Positions 10,207 to 18,394 of a stretch of 64,000 nucleotides of DNA are shown here, piece by piece. The notes beneath the pieces are model-generated. The model did not search any database. It had not been told where the DNA came from and saw nothing but the letters and a program-made list of their open reading frames with translations. Each line of letters opens with the position of its first letter. Positions within the stretch are counted from its first letter, which is position 1. The DNA is taken from positions 379 through 64,378 of the forward strand of contig JAFGUP010000029.1 in NCBI GenBank assembly GCA_016938475.1, written 5' to 3'. Origin of the DNA: Sphaerochaetaceae bacterium (GTDB taxonomy: Bacteria; Spirochaetota; Spirochaetia; Sphaerochaetales; Sphaerochaetaceae). The position numbers were made by a program, and so were the translations under genes.

Positions 10207-10865
10207 ACCGCATCTCCTTTGAGAAAGCTCTGCAGGACACTGAAGGCCGACATCGAGTCTTTCCGGTCTATGACGAAGGTGAGCTCATTCATCGTTGATA
10301 TGATCTCGTTCACATTGATCTCCTCCCAGGCGAGTTTTCGTACGGCCTCGTAGACGATACCGGGTGTTGACATGAAGTCCCCGCTGAACACGAGAGAGAG
10401 CGCGACGAGGTCGCCCTGTTGAAGCAGAACCGTCTCCCCTGCCAGGATGGGTGTGACATGGTCAAGGTATTTTTCACTGATCGAAAGCGACACCTCATGG
10501 GAGCCGACAGAGATGTTCAAGAAATCTCCGCTCTGCGGATTGACCAGATCAAACAAGTCGTGAAACTTCTCAAGGATCGTATCACTCCTAACGAGGTTGA
10601 TATCATAGATGTTGGTTTTCATGATAATCTCGTAATGGAGAGCCGGACTTGCATGTTCCAGTTCCTTGCGCTTCAGTTCTTCTCCATATCTTCGTATAGC
10701 CATGACAATCGCCGACGTCTTTACCTCTTTGCCGTGAAGTTTTTCGACAAGAGGGTGAATAGAAGTTGCATAGTTGCTGTAACTAAGAATGCCGCTGATC
10801 AGCATCTCATGAAGAAAGGGAGATCGGTCAATAATGCGTTTGACAGAATTGCTTACAGATTCCAT
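10203..10865 (-). CDS. Hypothetical protein (possible ACT-like regulatory domains)
   Basis: No catalytic motif recognised. The C-terminal two thirds look like tandem small-ligand-binding ACT-type repeats by eye. AAGGAG RBS before the ATG at 10865; 4-nt overlap with the NTPase gene. Confidence 0.35.
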   Translation of the reverse strand: MESVSNSVKRIIDRSPFLHEMLISGILSYSNYATSIHPLVEKLHGKEVKTSAIVMAIRRYGEELKRKELEHASPALHYEIIMKTNIYDINLVRSDTILEKFHDLFDLVNPQSGDFLNISVGSHEVSLSISEKYLDHVTPILAGETVLLQQGDLVALSLVFSGDFMSTPGIVYEAVRKLAWEEINVNEIISTMNELTFVIDRKDSMSAFSVLQSFLKGDAV

Positions 10866-11028
10866 ACAGACTCCTTTATTATATTCTGTTATTATTAACA
10901 CAATTTGTTATTATAGACAACACCTTATCCAAATAATGTTACAAAATTGAGGCTGCACATGAAGTATTGTCGTGTTCGTTGATTCGTGTATATGGTACAA
11001 TACGGAAGATGAGAGCGGAGGTCCTCCA

Positions 11029-11490
11029 GTGTTATGTCCACAGTGCAATCATACTCATGATAAGGTGATCGAATCACGTCAGAACAGAAGCGGATCAATG
11101 GTCAGGAGACGGAGGGAATGTCTTCACTGCGGATACCGGTTCACCAGTTATGAGCGGATAGAGGAGAAACCTCTGATGGTCGTCAAACGTGACGGACGTC
11201 TTGAGCCGTTCGATATACGCAAGATCGAACGGGGAATTGTCATCACTACCGAGAAACGGGACATACCTCAGGATATCGTGGAGCAGATGCTTCTGAATAT
11301 CGAAGATGAGATCATCATCAAGGCCTCCAGCAAGCGTGAAATCGCCAGTACCGCGATTGGAGAAATTGCCTTGAAGTTCCTGTACAAGGTTGATGCAGTG
11401 GCCTATGTTCGTTTTGCATCGGTCTACCGTGCCTTTGATTCCGTCGAAAAATTCATAGAAGAGATCGAAAAGATCAGAGAAGGCCTCTGA
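11029..11490 (+). CDS. nrdR: Transcriptional repressor NrdR
   Basis: Zinc ribbon CPQCNH...CLHCGYRFTSYERIEE followed by an ATP-cone. GTG at 11029 preceded by a GGAGG RBS. Confidence 0.92.
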   Translation: MLCPQCNHTHDKVIESRQNRSGSMVRRRRECLHCGYRFTSYERIEEKPLMVVKRDGRLEPFDIRKIERGIVITTEKRDIPQDIVEQMLLNIEDEIIIKASSKREIASTAIGEIALKFLYKVDAVAYVRFASVYRAFDSVEKFIEEIEKIREGL

Positions 11491-11494
11491 TCAT

Positions 11495-12655
11495 TCAGCG
11501 CACATCAAACCACTTGCCGGTGAGGGATCGTTCGATGTCGTCATTGAGGTGAGTGGGTTTCAAAATCTCATCAGCACAGTCAAGGGCGAACGTGTCACTC
11601 ATGCCTGCAACATAGTCGAATATCAGGTTGTCATACCCACCCTCCCGTTGCAGGTAGCTGTTAGCCATGTCACGAATATAGTTACTGAACCCTGCTGCCA
11701 GCATGTTCTTCTCACTCTCATACGATGGATAATCAAACCCGTAGGAGATGAACAGTTCATCAAGGTAGTTCACTATCAGAGAAAGCAGACGGTGGAAGTA
11801 GCGATGGTAACCCTTGAGAAGGGGTGAATGGTAGATGTTTTCGTAGTTGAACTTTTTCATCTCGAGGACAGCCTCAAACACCTCATCAGAAAGCCCCACT
11901 CCTCCGTTCACACTGCTGTGGGTGAGCAGGTCATGGACCAGTGTATCGATGATTGCCGAGTTGCTGTTTCCCAGACGTTCAGCGGCTATCCGGGGAAGCA
12001 TGCCGGCCTGTACGATATTGAGTCTGCAGCCATCTTCAAAATCACGGCCGAGATACGCGATCTGGTCGCTGAAGCGTACGATAACTCCCTCCCATGTAGC
12101 CGGTACAATGCCGAATCGGGTCGTGATGCTGGCAAAATCCTTTCGCTCGTGCCGTGGTGTAAGACTCTGAAGGAACGTCTCTCCGTTATGGCTCACGATA
12201 CCGTCACGGACAGCATAGGTAAGGTTCAGTCCTTTTCCATTGTCAGCGAGAAAGTCTACGACCCTCAGAGAGTTGAGTTCATGCTCGAAGGCTCTCTGAG
12301 TGCGCTCCATTCTCAATTGGGAGAGGATCGATTCTCCCACATGCCCGAACGGTGCATGACCGAGGTCATGACCCATACCGATAGCCCAGGCAAGTTCCTG
12401 GTCGAGTCCGAGTCCCTGGCTGAGAGTCGATGCGATGGATGCAACGTGTAGTGAATGCTCTATCCGGGTACAGATATGATCATTGCTCGGGGCAAAAAAG
12501 ACCTGAGTCTTGTGCTTCAGCCTTCTGAATGGTGAACAGTGGATGATCGCAGTGGTATCGCGGTAATATGCACTTCGCAGATCCTGTTTTCTTTCGTTGT
12601 TCCGTTCAGTGAGCACGTTCTGATCTAGATGATTTACGAAATGTTCTGACATCAC
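11495..12655 (-). CDS. dGTP triphosphohydrolase-like HD-domain protein
   Basis: FRRLKHKTQVF, RIEHSLHVASIA and GHDLGHAPFGH motifs of the dGTPase family. Confidence 0.85.
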   Translation of the reverse strand: MMSEHFVNHLDQNVLTERNNERKQDLRSAYYRDTTAIIHCSPFRRLKHKTQVFFAPSNDHICTRIEHSLHVASIASTLSQGLGLDQELAWAIGMGHDLGHAPFGHVGESILSQLRMERTQRAFEHELNSLRVVDFLADNGKGLNLTYAVRDGIVSHNGETFLQSLTPRHERKDFASITTRFGIVPATWEGVIVRFSDQIAYLGRDFEDGCRLNIVQAGMLPRIAAERLGNSNSAIIDTLVHDLLTHSSVNGGVGLSDEVFEAVLEMKKFNYENIYHSPLLKGYHRYFHRLLSLIVNYLDELFISYGFDYPSYESEKNMLAAGFSNYIRDMANSYLQREGGYDNLIFDYVAGMSDTFALDCADEILKPTHLNDDIERSLTGKWFDVR

Positions 12656-12719
12656 GACCTCCCCGGCAGCATTGTATTAAGATGAGTTGCACTTCCCTAT
12701 CAACGGCATTCATGGTACC

Positions 12720-13214
12720 ATGTTTCGCATGCTGATGCTACTTGTGGCCCTCACAACTTCCTTTATTCTCTTTATGTGCCTCATCGTATCGGTGCGTTTT
12801 CTGTTCTCTCCAAGAGGAATCTACTGGATCCTTCCCCTGATCATCACTGCGCTGTTTTTCTTCATATCACTTGCTCCACTGAAGATGAACGCTGTTCAGG
12901 TGTATGAAGGCACCTATCCGGTACAGATCTCCCCCGACACCTCTGTGAGAGAGGTTATCCCGCTGATTATCGTCATGCTGTGGGCGACACTTCTTATCAT
13001 TCATAACTTTCTGCTCAGTTTCCTGATACCGAAGAAGACTTTTCAGGAACAGAGGAAGAGGAATCTGGATGAAGCACGGTATATTCAGGAAAAGGAATAT
13101 CGACGGTACAGACAGAACCTTCTCAGAGACCGTATGAAACAGGTCTCAATAGCTCAGGAAACAGGAGGAGACAGGTATCCAGTACAATGGATAACTTATT
13201 ATGACCAATACTGA
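12720..13214 (+). CDS. Hypothetical membrane protein
   Basis: Three or four hydrophobic segments followed by a basic, coiled-coil-like tail. No family recognised. The ATG at 12720 is preferred to the TTG at 12687. Confidence 0.4.
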   Translation: MFRMLMLLVALTTSFILFMCLIVSVRFLFSPRGIYWILPLIITALFFFISLAPLKMNAVQVYEGTYPVQISPDTSVREVIPLIIVMLWATLLIIHNFLLSFLIPKKTFQEQRKRNLDEARYIQEKEYRRYRQNLLRDRMKQVSIAQETGGDRYPVQWITYYDQY

Positions 13215-13767
13215 CATCAATCCAACATCACTGATCTACCTGACGGGGATCAAACACAGCGGGAAGAGCAATGTAGGATCATACTGCGCCGAACACCTGA
13301 ATCTCGATTACAAGGTCTCGTTCTTTGACCTCGACACCCTTATTCTCAACAGAATTCCCTATGAAAGTCTCAGAGACCTGTATATCAGGGAGGGAAAAGG
13401 TGCTTTCATGCGGATAGAGTATGAAGCTCACGAAGAGTTCCTTGCTACCCGTGATAGTGATCATCTGACCATCATGGCCACCGGTGGAGGGGTTTGCGAC
13501 AATCATACCCTGATACACCGGATGCGAGAGAACGGGGTGATCATCTATCTGTATCTGAAAGAGCAGACGCTCCTGGAAAGGATCCAGCACAAGGGGCTTC
13601 CGCCATTCATCGATCGGGAGGAACCGGAAGAATCCTTTCATGCACTGTATCTCCAGCGTGACTGTCTCTATAGAAAGTTATGCGATCATGTGGTACCATT
13701 GGCGGATTTCGAAAGCATCGAATTCAATGGGGTCAACCTGGCAGCTTTCATAAAAGAACATTTCTAG
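13201..13767 (+). CDS. aroK: Shikimate kinase
   Basis: P-loop GIKHSGKS, about 188 aa, TGGG motif, sits immediately upstream of aroC. Confidence 0.65.
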   Translation: MTNTDINPTSLIYLTGIKHSGKSNVGSYCAEHLNLDYKVSFFDLDTLILNRIPYESLRDLYIREGKGAFMRIEYEAHEEFLATRDSDHLTIMATGGGVCDNHTLIHRMRENGVIIYLYLKEQTLLERIQHKGLPPFIDREEPEESFHALYLQRDCLYRKLCDHVVPLADFESIEFNGVNLAAFIKEHF

Positions 13768-13776
13768 GAGTCTAGC

Positions 13777-14829
13777 ATGGGCGGAAATACATTCGGAACA
13801 TCCCTACAGATCACCACCTACGGTGAGTCTCACGGTCACGCACTCGGGGTTATCATAGATGGACTCGAACCGGGTTTCACGATCGATCTGGATGACCTTT
13901 CCTTCCAGATGTCCCGCCGAAGACCCGGCGGCAATCGCCTGGGAACAGAGCGTAATGAAGCTGATGCTGTTGAGATCCTTTCAGGTATCTTTGAAGGGAA
14001 GACCACTGGTACTCCCCTGTCTATCATCATCAGAAACACCAATCAGCGCTCTCATGATTATACGGATATCTCCAGGTTCTTCCGGCCCGGACATGCTGAT
14101 TTCACCTGGCAGAAAAAATTCGGCATCAGAGACTGGCGCGGAGGTGGTAGAAGCAGCGGCAGAGAGACTGCCGCGCGACTGGCCGCCGGTGCCATCGCCA
14201 TGCAGATACTACGATCCAAGGGAATTGTCATTACAGCGTATACGACACAGATAGGCTCCGTGATTGCAAAGAAGCGGGACCTATCGGCGGTCACTGAGAA
14301 CCTCGTGAGCTGCTGTGACAGTGAAGCTGCACGGGAGATGGAACAACTGATTGATTCATGCAGGGAATCGAAGGAAAGTGTCGGCGGAATCATAGAATGC
14401 CTTGTGACTGGCTGTCCTGTCGGACTTGGTGAACCCGTCTTCCAGAAGACCGAGGCACTCCTTGCCCATGCCATCCTGTCGATCGGAGCGACCAGGGGGA
14501 TAGAATTCGGTGAAGGCTTCCTGTCGGCACAGATGACAGGTTCCCAGCATAATGACCCGATCAGTCCTGAAGGATTTCTCAGTAACCATGCCGGCGGAAT
14601 AAACGGTGGGATCACCAACGGCGAAGATATCTTTTTCCGTGTTCCCGTAAAGCCTACCGCCTCGATCGAACAGCCTCAAAAGACCATAGACCTTGAAGGT
14701 CAGAGTCAGACGATCGTCGTGAAAGGAAGACATGACCCCTCCATCGTTGTGAGGATCGTCCCGGTCATCGAAGCAATGACCGCACTCACACTGCTCAGCC
14801 TCTATTACGATCAGTTTGGCAGATCCTGA
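13777..14829 (+). CDS. aroC: Chorismate synthase
   Basis: Motifs TYGESHG, RPGHADF, GGGRSSGRETAARLAAGA, KGRHDP. Confidence 0.95.
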   Translation: MGGNTFGTSLQITTYGESHGHALGVIIDGLEPGFTIDLDDLSFQMSRRRPGGNRLGTERNEADAVEILSGIFEGKTTGTPLSIIIRNTNQRSHDYTDISRFFRPGHADFTWQKKFGIRDWRGGGRSSGRETAARLAAGAIAMQILRSKGIVITAYTTQIGSVIAKKRDLSAVTENLVSCCDSEAAREMEQLIDSCRESKESVGGIIECLVTGCPVGLGEPVFQKTEALLAHAILSIGATRGIEFGEGFLSAQMTGSQHNDPISPEGFLSNHAGGINGGITNGEDIFFRVPVKPTASIEQPQKTIDLEGQSQTIVVKGRHDPSIVVRIVPVIEAMTALTLLSLYYDQFGRS

Positions 14830-14831
14830 TT

Positions 14832-16505
14832 ATGGAACATAAGGCTCTCATCGTACAAAGTGACCTGACACTCCTGATGGATGTCCACTCACCCGGTGCA
14901 GAAGATGCCCGAAAGGATATTATTCCGTTTTGTGAACTGATCCGTTCCCCCGAGCATATTCATACGTACCGCATCTCCCCTTTGAGTCTCTGGAATGCAG
15001 CTTCAAGTGGTATCACAGAGCAGGATATCCTCCAGCGACTCACCCGGCACAGTCGCTATGAGATTCCACAGACGGTCTCTTTCACCGTACAGGAACTGAT
15101 TGGCAGGTACGGAGCGGTCATTCTGAAGCCGTATGAGGATTCGCAGCTGTATGAGCTTACCTTTAAGACCGAGAGAATAGCACGTGAGGTACTTACTCGC
15201 TCAGAACTCAAAGGGCTGCTCCTTTTCTCGGGAGGCCGCACGTTCATCAGACGGTATGACCGGGGTGAAATAAAAATCAGGCTTATCAAGGCAGGGTATC
15301 CTGTCGATGATGTAATTCCCCTGATGAAAGGAAAACACGTTTCCATCGAGATGAAGAGTCAGACTTCTCAGGGAATGCCCCTCACGATTCGTGACTACCA
15401 GAAGGAAGCCTCTGATGCACTCCTGGGAGACCTTGGAGGCGGCAGCGGGTATGGAACAATAGTCCTGCCCTGCGGCAGCGGGAAGACCGTCGTCGCCATG
15501 GAGATCATGAGACGTCTGAAAACAACCACCCTGATTCTCACTACCAATGTTGCCGCCGTTCATCAATGGATCTCGGAGATCGATGATAAGCTGACTGTCT
15601 CTTCTTCTCAAGAACCAGAGGAGGCCGTGATCGGTGAGTATACCGGCATGCGTAAGGAGATACGGGATATCACGGTATGCACCTACCAGGTACTCACCTA
15701 TCGAAAGGACAAGGAAGGCCCGTTCATCCATCTGGACAAAATCAGAGAGTATAACTGGGGCCTGATCATATTCGATGAGGTTCACATGCTACCCGCTCCC
15801 GTGTTCAAGGTAACCAGCGAGATGCAGTCCTCCTTTCGGGTCGGTCTTACGGCAACACTGGTCAGAGAGGATAGACGGGAGGATGAGGTATTCACTCTCG
15901 TAGGACCGAAACGGTACGATGTCCCCTGGAGTGAGCTCGAGAAAAAGGGCTGGATAGCTCAGGCCGAGTGCGTCGAGATCCGTATCCCCCTTCCCTTTGA
16001 TGCGGAACTGCCCTATGCAGTTGCGGGTAAGAGGGAAAAATACCGCATAGCGAGCGAGAACGTTCGGAAAATCGATATTGTGAAACAGCTGGTGGCAAAC
16101 CACCATGATGATTTCATCCTGGTGATCGGACAGTACATATCCCAGCTGAAGAAGATCGCAAAAGAGCTTGATGCTCCCCTCATCACCGGCTCAACTACGA
16201 ACGCAAAGCGGGATGAACTCTACCAGGCCTTCAGAGACGGAAAGGTACAGGTTCTTGTGGTCTCCAAAGTGGCCAACTTCGCTATCGACCTGCCGGATGC
16301 GTCCTGTGCCATCCAGGTGAGCGGGGCCTTCGGCTCACGTCAGGAGGAGGCTCAGCGACTGGGAAGGATCCTGCGTCCAAAACAGCGTGATTCCCACTTC
16401 TACTCGCTGGTCACCCGTTTCAGCAATGAGGAGGAGTTCGCTGCGAACAGACAGAAATTCCTCAGCGAACAAGGGTACCAATACCGTATGGAGGTCTGGG
16501 ATTGA
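14832..16505 (+). CDS. XPB/Ssl2 (ERCC3/RAD25)-type SF2 DNA helicase
   Basis: Walker A LPCGSGKT, motif II IIFDEVHMLPA, GLTATLVREDRRED including the XPB RED motif, QRLGRILR, and an XPB-type N-terminal module (HTYRISPLSLWNAASSG). Starts 3 nt after the aroC stop. Confidence 0.9.
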   Translation: MEHKALIVQSDLTLLMDVHSPGAEDARKDIIPFCELIRSPEHIHTYRISPLSLWNAASSGITEQDILQRLTRHSRYEIPQTVSFTVQELIGRYGAVILKPYEDSQLYELTFKTERIAREVLTRSELKGLLLFSGGRTFIRRYDRGEIKIRLIKAGYPVDDVIPLMKGKHVSIEMKSQTSQGMPLTIRDYQKEASDALLGDLGGGSGYGTIVLPCGSGKTVVAMEIMRRLKTTTLILTTNVAAVHQWISEIDDKLTVSSSQEPEEAVIGEYTGMRKEIRDITVCTYQVLTYRKDKEGPFIHLDKIREYNWGLIIFDEVHMLPAPVFKVTSEMQSSFRVGLTATLVREDRREDEVFTLVGPKRYDVPWSELEKKGWIAQAECVEIRIPLPFDAELPYAVAGKREKYRIASENVRKIDIVKQLVANHHDDFILVIGQYISQLKKIAKELDAPLITGSTTNAKRDELYQAFRDGKVQVLVVSKVANFAIDLPDASCAIQVSGAFGSRQEEAQRLGRILRPKQRDSHFYSLVTRFSNEEEFAANRQKFLSEQGYQYRMEVWD

Positions 16506-18394
16506 TTGATCAGGGCTCCTACGATGTATTCAACTCTTCTCTCCTCAGTCTACACGATGACAGGTACTTTGCTCTGCTCAAAGGCTTTCTTGGAACGATT
16601 TCCACTCCATTCAACAAACACCAACTCAACAGGACTCTCGCTTCCATCCTGACTCGTTCTGAGCATCAGAATGGGATAGTGAACCATCTTAACAGTACTG
16701 AGAGACAGCTGCTTACCACTCTGTCTATCATGCACAGTATACGTGAACAGGAACTGTTGTATCTGTGTACAGGCTGTCATGAGTATCACGAATGTCTTCA
16801 CGGTGCTCTCCTTCTGGAACAGAAGCTCATCGTGATACCCGACCCTGCTCTTTCCCATCAGATCATCATCAATCCACTGTTCAGAGAGAATCTGTCAGGT
16901 ATCATCGATTACCGTTCACTGTTCAGTGTCGAGCGGGAAGATGCACTACGGATCGAGTTCAGTGCTGATGTACATCTGATTTTCAGAGCACTTGTATCGA
17001 TTGCCATCCACGAAGACCCGAAGAAGGTTGAATTGCCTGCTCAGTGGGAAGTCCACAAGCCGTTCTTCGGGAACCTGCTGATGCACCTGAGAAACAGACT
17101 CAAGGTAGAAGGTATCACCTCAGTGACAGAGACCTCTGAAGATTCCGTTGCCTGGATGCTCTTGTCAGGTGGATTTTCACAGAACCCTTTTGCCGAGAAT
17201 ATCGGACTCTTCCTTTCGGCCCTCAAAACATTCAGTGAAACCTTTGAGGTGAGAGGAGAAGCCGGTTCTCTCACCCTTGTGCGCTTTGCCCAGTCTCTTG
17301 CACACCTGAAGGAAATCGAAACGGACACACTCAGGTCTCTCCTGTTTTCTCTTTCTATCCTGGCAGAAAAGGATACAAGAGATAAGGATGTGTCGGGCAC
17401 TGAAGACACGATCGACAGTGACCACAGTATCACGATCCACAGAGGAAATCCCTTATCCTATACGGGCAGGTACCATCTGTACAGCCGGCTCAGCGGCCTG
17501 GACACGACCATCCGGTACACGGTAGATAAGCAGAGCCTGTTCAAGGCCTTCTCACGATCACTCAGCCCACAGGAAATTATTGACGATATGCGACACTACT
17601 CAACTCGTGTCCCTCCCTCTATCGTCTCCCTGATCCCCCTGTTACATCAGGAATATTCACAGGTGATGCAGATTGAAGGGGTTATCCTGAAAACGGATGC
17701 GAGGATGGAGAGAATCTTCGATGCACATACTGCGCTCGCTCCATTCATTGTGATGAAAATAGCTGATGGGATCTATGTGATGAACCAGAATCAGGAAGTA
17801 CAGTGGCGGAAGGTTCTCAGCGACATCGGTGTACAGCATATTGCCAGCCAGGGTGTCTTGAAAGAATATCCCGAAGAGACCAGAACAGCACCTGTGCATC
17901 CCCTCCCTGCCATCACTCTCGATCTCCCCTATCCAGTAGCCGCTGCTTCCATGAAAATGCCTGCCCATGTGACCGATATTCGCCCCTCGCTCTACGAATC
18001 ACTCAATAGGAAACAGTTCAGTGAAGAGGTGAAAGCCCTCCTCAGAGCAAGAATCGAGGATTTCATCATTATCAGTGAGCAGCAACTTCATGCGACCGGT
18101 GAGGAGCAGAAAATCCTGAGTGCAAGTGGTCTCGACTACATGAAAAAGCTTCGCGTCATACGTGCTGCGATGAAAGAGCCGACATTTCACCTGCTGGTGG
18201 TCATCTTCGATCAGGAAGGGAATACACAGGAATACATCGGAACTCCTCTTTCCCTCACCAGGAAGGATGAGGAGGATGTACTGCTGATGAAGACGCATCC
18301 TGACGAAAAAGAGCATCACTGGAAGGTGAAATCCCTGTACCGGGTAAAGACCGTTCCCCTAAGTATCTTCTTCGTCGACAAGCGTAACGGGTAG
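16502..18394 (+). CDS. Helicase-associated protein of unknown function (XPB partner)
   Basis: 630-aa ORF whose TTG start overlaps the XPB stop by 4 nt. No catalytic motif recognised. Residues ~300-400 resemble the XPB N-terminal module by eye. The exact start codon is uncertain. Confidence 0.6.
   Translation: MIDQGSYDVFNSSLLSLHDDRYFALLKGFLGTISTPFNKHQLNRTLASILTRSEHQNGIVNHLNSTERQLLTTLSIMHSIREQELLYLCTGCHEYHECLHGALLLEQKLIVIPDPALSHQIIINPLFRENLSGIIDYRSLFSVEREDALRIEFSADVHLIFRALVSIAIHEDPKKVELPAQWEVHKPFFGNLLMHLRNRLKVEGITSVTETSEDSVAWMLLSGGFSQNPFAENIGLFLSALKTFSETFEVRGEAGSLTLVRFAQSLAHLKEIETDTLRSLLFSLSILAEKDTRDKDVSGTEDTIDSDHSITIHRGNPLSYTGRYHLYSRLSGLDTTIRYTVDKQSLFKAFSRSLSPQEIIDDMRHYSTRVPPSIVSLIPLLHQEYSQVMQIEGVILKTDARMERIFDAHTALAPFIVMKIADGIYVMNQNQEVQWRKVLSDIGVQHIASQGVLKEYPEETRTAPVHPLPAITLDLPYPVAAASMKMPAHVTDIRPSLYESLNRKQFSEEVKALLRARIEDFIIISEQQLHATGEEQKILSASGLDYMKKLRVIRAAMKEPTFHLLVVIFDQEGNTQEYIGTPLSLTRKDEEDVLLMKTHPDEKEHHWKVKSLYRVKTVPLSIFFVDKRNG

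Noticed and set aside
10866-11028. Possible preQ1 riboswitch ahead of the YhhQ-containing operon, and possible NrdR boxes ahead of nrdR
   Set aside because: I read both strands and found no preQ1-I-like core (conserved CCC plus an A-rich tail) and no convincing palindromic NrdR box. There is only an AT-rich region with a TGTTATTAT direct repeat.
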